A DNA stretch of 64,000 nucleotides, from NCBI RefSeq assembly GCF_001305515.1, contig NZ_LJYW01000001.1:2381618-2445617 (forward strand), written 5' to 3'. The DNA is from Prosthecodimorpha hirschii. Lineage in GTDB: Bacteria > Pseudomonadota > Alphaproteobacteria > Rhizobiales > Ancalomicrobiaceae. Both the position numbers and the translations under genes were made by a program. Each line of letters begins with the position of its first letter. The stretch's first letter is position 1. This document shows, piece after piece, positions 19,923 through 31,075 of this stretch. Under the pieces are notes generated by a model. The model searched no databases, was not told where the DNA came from, and saw only the letters and a program-made list of their open reading frames with translations.

Positions 19923-21488
19923 ATGCTGGACATCGATCCGGTGGGGCTGGCGCGATTGCAGTTCGCCGCAACCGCCCTCTACCATTTCCTGTTCGTACCC
20001 CTGACCTTGGGGCTCTCCCTTCTGCTGGCCATCATGGAGAGCGTCTATGTCATGACCGGTCGCGTCATATGGCGCGAGATGACGCAATTCTGGGGCAAGC
20101 TCTTTGGCATCAACTTCGCCCTGGGCGTCGCCACCGGCATCACGATGGAATTCCAGTTCGGCACGAACTGGGCCTACTATTCGCACTATGTCGGCGACAT
20201 CTTCGGGGCGCCGCTGGCCATCGAAGGCCTGATGGCCTTCTTCCTGGAGAGCACGTTCGTCGGCCTGTTCTTCTTCGGCTGGGACCGCCTTTCCAAGGTC
20301 GGGCACCTGACGGTGACATGGCTGGTCGCCATCGGCTCGAACCTTTCGGCGCTTTGGATCCTGGTGGCCAATGCCTGGATGCAGAACCCGATCGGCTCGG
20401 CCTTCAACCCCGACACGATGCGCATGGAACTGACCGATTTCGGCGCGCTGCTGCTCAACCCGGTCGCCCAGTCGAAATTCGTCCACACGGTCTCGGCCGG
20501 CTATGTGACGGGCGCGGGCTTCGTCCTGGCGGTGTCGGCCTACTATCTGCTGCGCCGGCGGCACCGTGCCTTCGCGACGCGCTCGATGATCGTGGCCTCG
20601 GCCTTCGGGCTCGCCTCGGCCCTGTCGGTCGTCGTGCTCGGCGACGAGAGCGGCTACACGGTCAACGAGCATCAGCACATGAAGATGGCCGCCATCGAGG
20701 CCATGTGGGAGACCGAAAAGGCTCCGGCAGGCTTCACAGTGGTGGCGCTGCCCGACCAGCAGCGGCAGGCCAACACGGCCGAGGTCAAGATCCCCTGGAT
20801 GCTCGGGCTGATCGCCACGCGCTCCACGAGCCAGGAAATCCCCGGCATCAAGGATCTGGTCAAGAAGACCGAGGCCCGAATCCGCGACGGACTGGTCGCC
20901 TACGACGCCCTGGAACGCCTCAAGGCCGACCGGACCGACAAGGCCGCCCGCGAAACCCTGGTCGCCCATGCCGACAATCTCGGCTATGCGCTGCTCCTGA
21001 AGCGACATATCGACGATCCGCGCCGGGCCGACGAGGCCACGATCGCTCGGGCCGCTCTCGACACCGTGCCGAACGTCGTGCCGCTGTTCTGGGCCTTCCG
21101 GATCATGGTCGGGCTCGGCTTCTTCTTCATCGTCCTCTTCGCCACCGCCTTCTGGCTTTCGACCCGGCGCAGCTTCGAGCATCCCGCCTTTCTGAAGCTC
21201 TGCCTGTTGAGCCTGCCGCTGCCCTGGGTCGCGGCGGAACTCGGCTGGTTCGTCGCCGAATACGGCCGTCAGCCCTGGGCCATCGACGGTGTCCTGCCGA
21301 CCCGGCTGGCCTCCTCGGCGCTGTCGCTGCCGCAGGTCACGTTCACGCTGGCCGGCTTCGTCATCTTCTACACGACGCTGCTCGTGATCGAGGTGAAGCT
21401 CATGCGCAAATACATCGTCATGGGTCCCGTCGCCGCGCTCGACATCCGTCCGCGCCCGGCCGGCGCCGCCCTTCAGCCCGCGGAATGA
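19923..21488 (+). CDS. cydA: cytochrome bd ubiquinol oxidase subunit I
   Basis: MLDIDPVGLARLQFAATALYHFLFVPLTLGL canonical CydA N-term, Q-loop region present. Confidence 0.95.
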   Translation: MLDIDPVGLARLQFAATALYHFLFVPLTLGLSLLLAIMESVYVMTGRVIWREMTQFWGKLFGINFALGVATGITMEFQFGTNWAYYSHYVGDIFGAPLAIEGLMAFFLESTFVGLFFFGWDRLSKVGHLTVTWLVAIGSNLSALWILVANAWMQNPIGSAFNPDTMRMELTDFGALLLNPVAQSKFVHTVSAGYVTGAGFVLAVSAYYLLRRRHRAFATRSMIVASAFGLASALSVVVLGDESGYTVNEHQHMKMAAIEAMWETEKAPAGFTVVALPDQQRQANTAEVKIPWMLGLIATRSTSQEIPGIKDLVKKTEARIRDGLVAYDALERLKADRTDKAARETLVAHADNLGYALLLKRHIDDPRRADEATIARAALDTVPNVVPLFWAFRIMVGLGFFFIVLFATAFWLSTRRSFEHPAFLKLCLLSLPLPWVAAELGWFVAEYGRQPWAIDGVLPTRLASSALSLPQVTFTLAGFVIFYTTLLVIEVKLMRKYIVMGPVAALDIRPRPAGAALQPAE

Positions 21489-21501
21489 GGAGGGTCGCCC
21501 C

Positions 21502-22653
21502 ATGAACATTCCCGTCGACTACGAAACGCTCCGTCTCATCTGGTGGCTGTTCCTCGGCATTCTCCTGATCGGTTTCGCGATCATGGACGGCTTCGATCTC
21601 GGGGCCGCAACGCTCCTGCGCACCGTCGCGCGAACCGACAACGAGCGCCGCCAGGTGCTGAACGCCATCGGTCCGGTCTGGGAGGGCAACCAAGTCTGGC
21701 TGATCCTCGGCGGCGGCGCCATCTTCGCCGCCTGGCCGGCCGTCTATGCCACGGCCTTTTCGGGCTTCTACATCGCCATGTTCCTCGTCCTGGCGACCCT
21801 GATCCTGCGCCCGGTCGGGTTCGAATACCGCAACAAGATCGCCGACCCGCGCTGGCGCGCATCCTGGGATTGGGCGCTCTTCGCCGGCGGGCTGGTGCCC
21901 TCGCTGGTCTTCGGCGTCGCGATCGGCAACCTGCTCCAGGGCGTTCCGTTCCGCATCGACAACGACATGCGCGTGCTCTACGAGGGATCCGGCCTGTTCG
22001 AACTGCTGAACCCCTTCGGACTGCTGTGCGGCCTGGTCTCGCTCGCCATGCTGACCGGCCACGGCGCCGTCTTCGTCGCCCTGAAGACCGAGGGACCCGT
22101 TGCCGATCGGGCCCGGGTGGCCGGCGCCTTGTTCCCCGGGCTCCATGTCCTGCTGTTCACCCTGGCGGGCCTCTGGATCGCCAAGGGCCTGCCCGGCTAT
22201 GCGCTCGTCGGCGCGGTCGCGCATGACGGGCCGTCCAACCCCCTCGTCAAGGAGGTGGCGATCGTGCCGGGCCAGTGGCTGAAGAACTACGAGGCCTGGC
22301 CGCTTCTGAAGGCCGCGCCGATCGCCGGTCTCGCCGGATCGGTTCTCACGGCCGTCCTGGTCGTCGTCAAGCGTCCCGGCTTCGCCTTCGTGACATCGGC
22401 CATCGCAATCTTCGGCACGATCTCGACCGTCGGCGTCAGCATGTTTCCCTTCCTGATGCCGTCCTCGATAGCGCCCGGGGCCAGCCTGACGGTCTGGGAT
22501 TCGTCGTCGAGCCAGTTGACGCTCTTCGTCATGCTGTGCGCGACCTTGCTTTTCCTGCCGATTGTCCTCGCCTACACGGCTTTTGTCTTTCGCGTCCTGC
22601 GCGGCAAGATGACGGCCGAAGCGATCGAGGCCAATTCCACGCATCTCTATTGA
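21502..22653 (+). CDS. cydB: cytochrome bd ubiquinol oxidase subunit II
   Basis: 383 aa multi-TM, MNIPVDYETLRLIWWLFLGILL typical CydB. Confidence 0.95.
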   Translation: MNIPVDYETLRLIWWLFLGILLIGFAIMDGFDLGAATLLRTVARTDNERRQVLNAIGPVWEGNQVWLILGGGAIFAAWPAVYATAFSGFYIAMFLVLATLILRPVGFEYRNKIADPRWRASWDWALFAGGLVPSLVFGVAIGNLLQGVPFRIDNDMRVLYEGSGLFELLNPFGLLCGLVSLAMLTGHGAVFVALKTEGPVADRARVAGALFPGLHVLLFTLAGLWIAKGLPGYALVGAVAHDGPSNPLVKEVAIVPGQWLKNYEAWPLLKAAPIAGLAGSVLTAVLVVVKRPGFAFVTSAIAIFGTISTVGVSMFPFLMPSSIAPGASLTVWDSSSSQLTLFVMLCATLLFLPIVLAYTAFVFRVLRGKMTAEAIEANSTHLY

Positions 22654-22671
22654 ATCGGGGAGACGGTCGAT

Positions 22672-22779
22672 ATGTGGTACTTCACCTGGGTGCTCGGCCT
22701 CGGCTTCGCCTGCGGAGCCGCCATCCTCAACGCCATGTGGCATGAGTTGCACATGCCCGATCCCGGCCACACGGACTGA
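22672..22779 (+). CDS. cydX: cytochrome bd oxidase small subunit CydX (YbgT family)
   Basis: 35-aa ORF MWYFTWVLGLGFACGAAILNAMWHELHMPDPGHTD with GGGGAG RBS, 18 bp after cydB; not in ORF track (too short). Confidence 0.75.
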   Translation: MWYFTWVLGLGFACGAAILNAMWHELHMPDPGHTD

Positions 22780-22886
22780 CGACGAACGCCGGCAGGCCGG
22801 CCGCCGTGCCGGCCTGCGAAGCCGAAGCGGTTCAGGGACTGTCGGCGCGTCGGCCGCTTGCCGCCCGAACCGCGGGATCGTCGGGG

Positions 22887-24263
22887 TCACGCCGGCAGGG
22901 CGCCGTTGGCCTTGAGCACTTCGCCGGCGAGATAGAGCGAGCCGCAGATCAGGATGCGCGGCGCCTCGTCCGACTGCCAGCCGGAGGCGAGACGGGCGAG
23001 CGCGGCCTCCAGGCTGGCGACCGGTTCGGCCGAGAGCCCGCCGGCGGTCGCCGCCGCCGCGAGATCCTCGGGCGTCCGCGTCTCGTGGCCGCCGTGGATC
23101 GGGACGGTGAAGACATGGCGGGCGAGGCCCGCGAAGGGCCGGAAGAAGCCGACCGGATCCTTGGTCTTGAGCATGCCGGCGATGAGGAACAGCGGCCGCG
23201 GCACGCGCTCCTCCAGATCGCCCATCACCTGCGCGACGACCTCGCCGGCGCCCGGATTGTGGCCGCCGTCGAGCCAGACCTCCGCACCGGACGGCGCCAG
23301 CGCCGTGACCGGCCCCGGTCCGAGCCGCTGCATCCGCGCCGGCCATTCGACCGTCTCCAGGCCGCGCCCGATCGTCTGGTTGTCGGGCGCGATCCCGGCC
23401 GCACGGAGCGCCGCGACGGCCGTGCCGGCATTGACGAACTGGTGGGCGCCAAGGAGGCGCGGCGCGGTCAGGTCGAGCAGCCCGTCGGCATCCTGGTAGA
23501 CCAGCCGGCCGTTCTCCGGGCCGGCGATCCAGTCCTGGCCGCCGAACTGGATACGGACGCCCTCGCGCGCGGCGCGCCGCTCCAGGATGGTCACGACCTC
23601 GGGCGTCTGCGGCGACGAGACGGCCGCAGCCCCGCGCTTGATGATGCCGGCCTTCTCGGCGGCGATCTTCTCGATCGTGTCGCCGAGGAATTTCTCATGG
23701 TCGACCGAGATCGAGGTGATCACGCTGACCAGCGGCGCCGGGATGACGTTGGTGGCGTCGAGCCGTCCGCCGAGGCCCACTTCCAGCAGGGTATAGTCGG
23801 CCGGATGCTGGGCGAAGAGCCGGAAGGCGGCGACCGTCGCCAGCTCGAAGAAGGTGATCGGCCGGCCGGCATTGACCCGCTCGGCCTCCAGGATCGCGGC
23901 CGCCAGCACGTCGTCGTCGGCCAGCCGCCCGCCGCCCGGATGGGCGATGCGGATGCGCTCGTTGAAGCGGACCAGATGCGGCGAGGTGTAGACGTGGCAG
24001 GTCTTGCCGGCGGCCTCCAGGATCGCGCGGCAGAAGGCCGTCACCGAGCCCTTGCCGTTGGTCCCGGCGACATGGATCACCGGCGGCAGGGTGTGGTGCG
24101 GATTGCCGAGTTCGGCGAGCAGGCGCTCGATCCGTTCCAGGCCGAGATCCCACCCTGCCGGGATCGCCATGGTCAGGCGATCCAGGAGGGCATCGAGGGC
24201 CGAAGGGGGCATCGCCAGATGAGCTCCGGAGTGGGCGCGGACGGGCATCCGCGAGCCGGGCAC
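22887..24263 (-). CDS. folC: bifunctional folylpolyglutamate synthase/dihydrofolate synthase
   Basis: VIHVAGTNGKGSV P-loop, Mur-ligase fold; several possible starts (M1/M6/M18). Confidence 0.9.
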   Translation of the reverse strand: MPGSRMPVRAHSGAHLAMPPSALDALLDRLTMAIPAGWDLGLERIERLLAELGNPHHTLPPVIHVAGTNGKGSVTAFCRAILEAAGKTCHVYTSPHLVRFNERIRIAHPGGGRLADDDVLAAAILEAERVNAGRPITFFELATVAAFRLFAQHPADYTLLEVGLGGRLDATNVIPAPLVSVITSISVDHEKFLGDTIEKIAAEKAGIIKRGAAAVSSPQTPEVVTILERRAAREGVRIQFGGQDWIAGPENGRLVYQDADGLLDLTAPRLLGAHQFVNAGTAVAALRAAGIAPDNQTIGRGLETVEWPARMQRLGPGPVTALAPSGAEVWLDGGHNPGAGEVVAQVMGDLEERVPRPLFLIAGMLKTKDPVGFFRPFAGLARHVFTVPIHGGHETRTPEDLAAAATAGGLSAEPVASLEAALARLASGWQSDEAPRILICGSLYLAGEVLKANGALPA

Positions 24264-24275
24264 GGCAGACGGCGG

Positions 24276-25178
24276 TCAGGCCGCGGGCTGCTCGACCTCG
24301 ACAGGTTCGAGTTCGACGACCTCGACCTTGGGCGTCTTGGTCAGGACGTGGCAGAGGCGCGACAGTGTCGCGCGCAGGTCCTGGCGCTGGACGACCATGT
24401 CGACCATGCCGTGCTCGAGCAGATATTCCGAGCGCTGGAAGCCGTCGGGGAGCTTCTCGCGGATGGTCTGCTCGATGACGCGCGGGCCGGCGAAGCCGAT
24501 CAGCGCGCCCGGCTCGGCCAGATGCACGTCGCCCAGCATGGCATAGGAGGCGGTGACGCCGCCGGTGGTCGGATTGGTCAGCACGACCAGATAGGGCAGC
24601 CTCGCCTCGCGCAGCGCCTGGATCGCGGCCGTGGTGCGCGGCATCTGCATCAGCGACAGGATGCCCTCCTGCATGCGCGCGCCGCCCGAGGCCGCGAACA
24701 GGATAAACGGCGCCCGCCGCTCCACCGCCGCCAGCATGCCGGTGACGATCGCCTCGCCGGCAGCCATGCCGAGCGAACCGCCCATGAAGTCGAAATCCTG
24801 CACGGCGGCGACCACGGTCATGTCGTCGAGCTGGCCGATGCCGAGCAGGACCGCATCCTCGTTGCCGGTCTTGGCCTTGGCGTCCTTCAGGCGGTCGGTA
24901 TAGCGGCGCTCGTCGCGGAACTTGAGCGGGTCGACCGGCGACGGCGGCACGGCGATCGTCTCGTAGCGGGCACCGTCGAACAGGACCTCGAGCCGGCGCC
25001 GGGCCGGCATGCGCATGTGATAACCCGACGACGGAATGACGAACTGGTTCGCCTCCAGGTCGCGATGGAACACCATCTCGCCGGTCTCCGGGCACTTGAT
25101 CCAGAGATTGTCCGGCGTCTCGCGCTTGGCGAGCAGGCTCTTGATCTTGGGTCGGACGACGTTGGTCAGCCAGTTCAC
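24276..25178 (-). CDS. accD: acetyl-CoA carboxylase carboxyltransferase beta subunit
   Basis: N-terminal Zn-ribbon region CPETGEMV plus FDFMGGSLG carboxyltransferase motif. Confidence 0.93.
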   Translation of the reverse strand: MNWLTNVVRPKIKSLLAKRETPDNLWIKCPETGEMVFHRDLEANQFVIPSSGYHMRMPARRRLEVLFDGARYETIAVPPSPVDPLKFRDERRYTDRLKDAKAKTGNEDAVLLGIGQLDDMTVVAAVQDFDFMGGSLGMAAGEAIVTGMLAAVERRAPFILFAASGGARMQEGILSLMQMPRTTAAIQALREARLPYLVVLTNPTTGGVTASYAMLGDVHLAEPGALIGFAGPRVIEQTIREKLPDGFQRSEYLLEHGMVDMVVQRQDLRATLSRLCHVLTKTPKVEVVELEPVEVEQPAA

Positions 25179-25408
25179 GGGGGTCGGTCTCCGAGGCCTC
25201 GACGAGGCCGGTCAGGCGACGGCTCGACGGCCGGACGCCGTGGCGTCGCCGGTCGTCGAATAGGACTGAATTCCGGCCATCCGAGGGCCGCCCCGCCGCA
25301 TGCGGGGCCTCTCGAATAGGCCGAAGCGAGGCCGGACGCAACGCTGCCGCCGACATCGGCTCGCCCGTGGGCGCCATGTCGCGGGACGGGCGGCGCCGGC
25401 GGCGCGGA

Positions 25409-26248
25409 TCAGGCGGCGGAGCGCTTCGCCGCCCGGACGCCGGCGGCCAGTTCGCCGACCAGCGCCTCGACCGCCGGAACGGTCGCCCCGGTGGCACGAT
25501 CCTCGGCGTCCAGGCTGCCCTTGATGGCCGCGACGATGGCCGAGCCGACCACCACGCCGTCGGCATCCTGGCCGATCCGCTGCGCCTGCTCGGCGGTCTT
25601 GACGCCGAAGCCGACCGCGACTGGCAGGCTGGTGTGCCGCTTGATCCGCTCGACCGCGCCGCCGACCCGGACCGCATCCGGCGAGGCCGTGCCGGTGATG
25701 CCGTTGATCGAGACGTAGTAGACGAAGCCGGAGGTGTTGGTGAGCACGGCCGGCAGGCGCCGGTCGTCGGTGGTCGGCGTGGCCAGGCGGATGAAGTTGA
25801 TCCCGCGTGCCATGGCCGGCAGGCAGAGCTCGTCATCGGCCTCCGGCGGCAGGTCGACGATGATCAGGCCGTCGACCCCGGCCGCCTTGGCGGCATCCAG
25901 GAAGGCCTCGGGACCCCAGGAATAGATCGGATTGTAGTAGCCCATCAGCACGATCGGGGTCGTCTGGTCGGTCTCGCGGAAGGCGCGAACCATGGCCAGG
26001 GTCCGCACCATGGTCTGCCCGGCCTTCAGCGCGCGCAGGCCGGAGGCCTGGATGGCGGGGCCGTCGGCCATCGGATCGGAGAAGGGCATGCCCATCTCGA
26101 TCACGTCGGCGCCGGCGCCGGGCAGCGCCTTCAGGATGGCGAGCGAGGTGTCGTAGTCCGGATCGCCGGCGGTCACGAAGGTGACCAGGGCCGGCCGCCC
26201 GGCGGCGGCGGTCTCGGCGAAGCGTCGGGTGATGCGGCTCTCGGTCAT
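25409..26248 (-). CDS. trpA: tryptophan synthase alpha chain
   Basis: [12 protein letters not shown]...[11 protein letters not shown]...[18 protein letters not shown]; start 54 codons inside track ORF. Confidence 0.92.
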   Translation of the reverse strand: MTESRITRRFAETAAAGRPALVTFVTAGDPDYDTSLAILKALPGAGADVIEMGMPFSDPMADGPAIQASGLRALKAGQTMVRTLAMVRAFRETDQTTPIVLMGYYNPIYSWGPEAFLDAAKAAGVDGLIIVDLPPEADDELCLPAMARGINFIRLATPTTDDRRLPAVLTNTSGFVYYVSINGITGTASPDAVRVGGAVERIKRHTSLPVAVGFGVKTAEQAQRIGQDADGVVVGSAIVAAIKGSLDAEDRATGATVPAVEALVGELAAGVRAAKRSAA

Positions 26249-26349
26249 GACGGATCCCACGGATTTCTCGCCGATGTCATCGACGAGGAAGGGGTCGAAT
26301 GCAAGGGGTGGGCGGACCCGCGACGCGGCGGGTCCCCGGACGGAAACCG

Positions 26350-27639
26350 TCACATATCCTGGCCGAGATGCTTGGCCACCGTGAACACGTCCTTGTCGCC
26401 GCGGCCGCACATGTTCATCAGGATGATCTGATCCTTGGCCATGGTCGGGGCGAGCTTGATGACATGGGCGAGCGCATGGCTCGGCTCCAGGGCCGGGATG
26501 ATGCCCTCCAGGCGGGTGCAGACCTGGAAGGCGTCGAGCGCCTCGCGGTCGGTCGCCGGCACGTAGGAGACGCGGCCGGTATCCTTCAGCCAGGAATGTT
26601 CCGGCCCGACGCCCGGATAGTCGAGGCCGGCCGAGATCGAATGGCCCTCGAGGATCTGGCCGTCGCCGTCCTGCAGCAGATAGGTGCGGTTGCCGTGCAG
26701 CACGCCCGGCCGGCCGCCCGCCATGGAGGCGGCATGGCCGTTCGGCACGTCGAGCCCGTGGCCGCCGGCCTCGACGCCGAAGATCTGCACGTCGCGGTCG
26801 TCCAGGAACGGATGGAACAGGCCGATCGCGTTGGAGCCGCCGCCGATCGCCGCCACCAGCGCATCCGGCAGGCGCCCCTCGGCCGCCAGCATCTGCTCCT
26901 TGGCCTCCGTGCCGATCACCGACTGGAAGTCGCGCACCATGGCCGGATAGGGATGCGGGCCGGCCGCGGTGCCGATGATGTAATAGGTGTCTTCGACATT
27001 GGTGACCCAGTCGCGCAGGGCCTCGTTCATGGCGTCCTTCAGCGTGCCGGCGCCCGAGGTGACCGGATTGACGGTGGCGCCGAGCAGCTTCATGCGGAAG
27101 ACGTTCGGCTTCTGCCGCTCCACGTCGGTCGCGCCCATATAGACCGTGCAGGGATAGCCGAAGCGGGCCGAGACGGTCGCCGAGGCGACGCCGTGCTGGC
27201 CGGCACCGGTCTCGGCGATGATCCGGGTCTTGCCCATGCGCCGGGCGAGCAGGATCTGGCCGAGGCAGTTGTTGATCTTGTGGCTGCCGGTATGGTTCAG
27301 CTCGTCGCGCTTGAAGTAGATCTTCGCGCCGCCGAGATGCTCGGTCAGGCGCTCGGCGAAGTAGAGCGGGCTCGGCCGGCCGGTATAGTGCTTGCCCAGA
27401 TGCGCCAGTTCGGCGTGGAAGGCCGGATCGTTCCGGGCTTCGTCATAGGCCTTCTCCAGTTCCAAGATCAGCGGCATCAGCGTCTCGGCGACGAAGCGGC
27501 CGCCATAGAGGCCGAAGAAGCCGCGGTCGTCCGGGCCGGAACGGAGTGTGTTGGGCGTGATGGTCACGGGAGCGTCCTCGGGCAGGTCATTCTGTGTGGG
27601 AAGGTCGGTCAGGCGGTCGCGACAGCCGGCGCCCGCCAT
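26350..27639 (-). CDS. trpB: tryptophan synthase beta chain
   Basis: [12 protein letters not shown] lysine motif; start uncertain (ATG at 27639 overlaps trpF 3' end by 31 nt; alternative CTG start downstream). Confidence 0.9.
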   Translation of the reverse strand: MAGAGCRDRLTDLPTQNDLPEDAPVTITPNTLRSGPDDRGFFGLYGGRFVAETLMPLILELEKAYDEARNDPAFHAELAHLGKHYTGRPSPLYFAERLTEHLGGAKIYFKRDELNHTGSHKINNCLGQILLARRMGKTRIIAETGAGQHGVASATVSARFGYPCTVYMGATDVERQKPNVFRMKLLGATVNPVTSGAGTLKDAMNEALRDWVTNVEDTYYIIGTAAGPHPYPAMVRDFQSVIGTEAKEQMLAAEGRLPDALVAAIGGGSNAIGLFHPFLDDRDVQIFGVEAGGHGLDVPNGHAASMAGGRPGVLHGNRTYLLQDGDGQILEGHSISAGLDYPGVGPEHSWLKDTGRVSYVPATDREALDAFQVCTRLEGIIPALEPSHALAHVIKLAPTMAKDQIILMNMCGRGDKDVFTVAKHLGQDM

Positions 27640-28277
27640 CGTACGGCGCGGATGAAGGCGCGGATGAGGTCCGGGTCCTTGACGCCGGGGGCGCTCTCGA
27701 CGCCGGAAGAGACGTCGACGGCCGGCGCGCCCGTCAGGTCCAGCGCCTCGGCGACATTCGCCGGGTCGAGACCGCCCGACAGCATCCAGGGCCGGCCCGG
27801 ATCGAGGCCGCGCACCAGACGCCAGTCGAAGGCGAGGCCGTTGCCGCCGGGCAGCGCACCGGTCAGGCCGGGCGGCGGCTTGGCATCGAACAGGAAGCGA
27901 TCGACATGCGCGGCGAAGTCGGGCACCGGCGCCAAATCGGCCGCCTCACCGACGCGGATCGCCTTCATCACCGCAATCCCCGTGCGCGCCCGGATCGCGG
28001 CCGCGCGGGCGGGCGTCTCGGCGCCATGCAGTTGCAGGATATCGGGCCTGAGGCCGGCGACGATCGCGTCGAGCGCCGCGTCGGACGCATCGACCGTCAG
28101 TGCGACGATCTGCGCGCGGCCGCGCGCCGGACCCGCCAGGGCGGCCGCGGCCTCGACGGCGACATGGCGCGGGCTGCGGGGAAAGAAGACGAAGCCGAGC
28201 ATATCGGCGCCGGCATCCAGCGCGGCAGCGACGGTTTCGGCGGTGCTGAGCCCGCAGATCTTGACGAGGGCTGGCAT
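27609..28277 (-). CDS. trpF: N-(5'-phosphoribosyl)anthranilate isomerase
   Basis: [11 protein letters not shown]-term; classic trpFBA-accD-folC synteny. Confidence 0.88.
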   Translation of the reverse strand: MPALVKICGLSTAETVAAALDAGADMLGFVFFPRSPRHVAVEAAAALAGPARGRAQIVALTVDASDAALDAIVAGLRPDILQLHGAETPARAAAIRARTGIAVMKAIRVGEAADLAPVPDFAAHVDRFLFDAKPPPGLTGALPGGNGLAFDWRLVRGLDPGRPWMLSGGLDPANVAEALDLTGAPAVDVSSGVESAPGVKDPDLIRAFIRAVRWRAPAVATA

Positions 28278-28445
28278 GGTCTTCGCGGCCGGGGGCTCCA
28301 TTGGGGAGGTGATCACTGGCACGGAACGGCCGCGCCGTCCACCGTTCCGTCGGACGCGGACACTGCAACGCCTTTGCCGGAACCGCGCGTCCGGTCAGTC
28401 TTCGGACAGGCGGCGTCAGTTAGACTGGGCAAGAAGGATCCTTCG

Positions 28446-28838
28446 ATGCCTCGTCTCCGCCATTCGGTCGCGGCCGCCCTGCTGGCCGTCATCGCCACAC
28501 CGCCCCCGTTCGCCAGCCCGGCCGAGATGGGTCGCGGGACTTCCCGCACGGGTGCCGTTGCGGCGCCGGATCGTCCGGGCGGCCGCCGGCACCTCGAGTC
28601 GGCTGCGGCCGACCACGAGAAGGCCCGGCAGGCCCTGGCGCGCGGCGAGGTGAAATCGTTGGACGAAATCCTTGGTCTCGTCACATTGAGTGGGCAGGAC
28701 AACTTCGTCGAGGTCTCCCTCGATCGCACCGATGGCCGTTGGATCTACGCCATGACGCTGCTGACCGCGGGCGGTCGCTACCGGGTCGTGACGATCGACG
28801 CCGCTACAGCAAAAGTCCTCAAAGAAGAGCTCAAATAG
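28446..28838 (+). CDS. PepSY domain periplasmic protein
   Basis: Signal peptide MPRLRHSVAAALLAVIATPPPFASPA; C-terminal PepSY-like domain; immediately precedes response regulator (stop/start abut). Confidence 0.6.
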   Translation: MPRLRHSVAAALLAVIATPPPFASPAEMGRGTSRTGAVAAPDRPGGRRHLESAAADHEKARQALARGEVKSLDEILGLVTLSGQDNFVEVSLDRTDGRWIYAMTLLTAGGRYRVVTIDAATAKVLKEELK

Positions 28839-29498
28839 ATGCGCGTGCTCGTCGTGGAAGACGAAGACCGGATCCGCCGCGATCTGGCCGTCCAGCTCAA
28901 GAATGCCGGCTACGTGGTCGAAGAGGCCGCGGACGGCGAGAATGCCTGGTTCCGGGGCGACACCGAGGAGTTCGACGCCGTCGTGCTCGATCTCGGCCTG
29001 CCCAAGATGGACGGACTGCAGGTTTTGAAGCGCTGGCGCGACGCCGGGCGCGACATTCCGATCCTGATCCTGACCGCGCGCGGCAGCTGGACCGACCGGG
29101 TCGAGGGCATCGACGCCGGCGCCGACGACTATCTGGTCAAGCCGTTCCGGATGGAGGAGGTCGTCGCGCGGGTGCGCGCCCTGATCCGCCGGTCCGCCGG
29201 CCGCGCCAATCCGGTTCTCTCCGCGCATGGCATCACGCTCGACACGCGGCGCGCGCGGGCGACCGTCGACGGCCAGCCGATCCCGCTGTCGCCGCTCGAA
29301 TTCCGCCTGCTCTCCTATCTGCTGCACCATCGCGGCCGCGTGGTCAGCCGGGCCGAGCTGGTCGAACACATCTATCACGAGGATGTCGAACCGGATTCGA
29401 ACGCGCTCGAAGTGCTGGTCGGACGCGTCCGGCGCAAGGTCGGGTCCGAGGTGATCGAGACCCGGCGCGGCCACGGCTATCTGGTTTCGACCGACTGA
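28839..29498 (+). CDS. OmpR/PhoB-family response regulator
   Basis: MRVLVVEDE...DAVVLDLGLP receiver plus winged-helix output (GHGYLV). Confidence 0.93.
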   Translation: MRVLVVEDEDRIRRDLAVQLKNAGYVVEEAADGENAWFRGDTEEFDAVVLDLGLPKMDGLQVLKRWRDAGRDIPILILTARGSWTDRVEGIDAGADDYLVKPFRMEEVVARVRALIRRSAGRANPVLSAHGITLDTRRARATVDGQPIPLSPLEFRLLSYLLHHRGRVVSRAELVEHIYHEDVEPDSNALEVLVGRVRRKVGSEVIETRRGHGYLVSTD

Positions 29499-29641
29499 TC
29501 GGCCCGGCCCCGGGCGCGCATCGCGGCCGGATATCCCGGCCGCGGCCCTTGAACGCCTGCGCTCCCCGGCTATCTTCCGCCCAAGCCTCAACCGATCGGG
29601 TCTGACGGACCCGGATCAGACCCCGCACCCATGGACGGCCT

Positions 29642-31003
29642 TTGGTCCCCGGCTCGCTCCGCCTCAGGCTGATTCTCTCGGCCGTGATCTCCTCCGCTCT
29701 CGCGGTGGCGGCGGCCGGCGTCGCGCTCGTCGTGCTGGCCGACCGCCATGTCGAGCGCCGGCTGGTGCAGGAGGTCGGGGCGCATCTCGACCAGTTGACG
29801 GCGCTCCTGCGCGTCGGCGCGCGCGGACCGGAGGTGATCGACGACCTTGCCGATCCGCGCTTCGTGCGTCCCTTCTCGGGGCTCTATTTCCAGATCGTCG
29901 AGGCGGGCGACATCAAGATCCGGTCGCGCTCGCTCTGGGACCAGACCCTGCCGATCCCGCCGGAAGCGCCGGAAGGCGAGGTGCGCGAACTGAAAGGACC
30001 GCGCGACCAGGCGCTGATGACGCTGGAACGGCGCGTCTCGATGGCGGCCGAGGGCGGCGACCTGCGCACCTTCCGCCTGTTCGTCGGCGAGGACCGCGCC
30101 GAGATCGACGGCCTGGTGTTCGACTTCGCGCTCGAAGCCGCCGCCTTCCTGTTCGTGCTGGTCGCCTTCCTGACGCTGGCCGGCTGGGCTTACATCACGG
30201 TCGGCCTCAAGCCCCTGGAAAATCTGCGCGATCTCGTCCTCCAGGTACGCCGCGGCAAGACCCGCCGCCTCGACGGCGCCTTCCCGAACGAGGTCCTGCC
30301 GCTGGTCGAGGAGCTGAACGGGCTGATCGACGCGCAGGAGCAGGCCGTGGAGCGCGCCCGGGCGCGGGCCGGCGACCTCGCCCATGGCCTGAAGACCCCG
30401 CTCGCCGTGCTGTCGGCCGAATCCCGCTCCCTGCGCGAGCGGGGCGAGACCGAGGCTGCCGACGCGATCGACATCGAGGTTGCGGGTCTGTCGCGCTTCG
30501 TCGAGCGCGAACTCGCCCGCTCGCGCGCCGCCGCCGTGCCCTATCTGAACCGGCTCGATCTCTCGCGCGCGCTCGACCGCATGGTCGGCGCGATGCAGCG
30601 CCTGCCGCGCGGCGAGGAACTGGACTGGCTGGTCGAGATCCCGCCCGGGCTGACGGCGCCGCTGCATCCCGAGGATGCCAACGAGATCCTCGGCAATCTG
30701 CTCGACAACGCCCGCAAATGGGCCGCCGGCCGGATCGAGGTCAGCGCCCACGCGGCCGGCGAGCGCATCGAGGTGGTCGTCGCCGACGACGGACCGGGCG
30801 TCCCGGAAGCGCGCCGCGAGGCCGTCTTGAAGCGCGGCATCCGGCTCGACGAGACGGTGCAGGGCTCCGGCCTCGGCCTCTCCATCGTCGACGATCTGGT
30901 CACCAGCTATCGCGGCACGCTGGCGCTGTCGGAAACGCCCGGCGGCGGCCTGACCGTTCGGGTCGAACTGCCGCGCAGTCCGAGCGCGGTCGAGACGGAG
31001 TGA
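29642..31003 (+). CDS. sensor histidine kinase (two TM, HAMP, HisKA, HATPase_c)
   Basis: H-box LAHGLKTPLAVL, N-box NLLDNARKWA, G-boxes DDGPGVP / GSGLGLSIV; TTG start per track. Confidence 0.9.
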   Translation: MVPGSLRLRLILSAVISSALAVAAAGVALVVLADRHVERRLVQEVGAHLDQLTALLRVGARGPEVIDDLADPRFVRPFSGLYFQIVEAGDIKIRSRSLWDQTLPIPPEAPEGEVRELKGPRDQALMTLERRVSMAAEGGDLRTFRLFVGEDRAEIDGLVFDFALEAAAFLFVLVAFLTLAGWAYITVGLKPLENLRDLVLQVRRGKTRRLDGAFPNEVLPLVEELNGLIDAQEQAVERARARAGDLAHGLKTPLAVLSAESRSLRERGETEAADAIDIEVAGLSRFVERELARSRAAAVPYLNRLDLSRALDRMVGAMQRLPRGEELDWLVEIPPGLTAPLHPEDANEILGNLLDNARKWAAGRIEVSAHAAGERIEVVVADDGPGVPEARREAVLKRGIRLDETVQGSGLGLSIVDDLVTSYRGTLALSETPGGGLTVRVELPRSPSAVETE

Positions 31004-31075
31004 TCCGCCCGCGCCGACGGCCGCGCGCCCCGGCCCGTCCGGCTTGCGCGGACCGGCGCCCGGCCCCCGCGCCGG

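Noticed and set aside
19848-23346. 553-aa and 642-aa minus-strand ORFs
   Set aside because: Antisense to cydA/cydB; Arg/Gly-rich; no motifs
22806-25836. 837-aa + ORF and 713-aa - ORF
   Set aside because: Wrong frames/antisense relative to folC and accD
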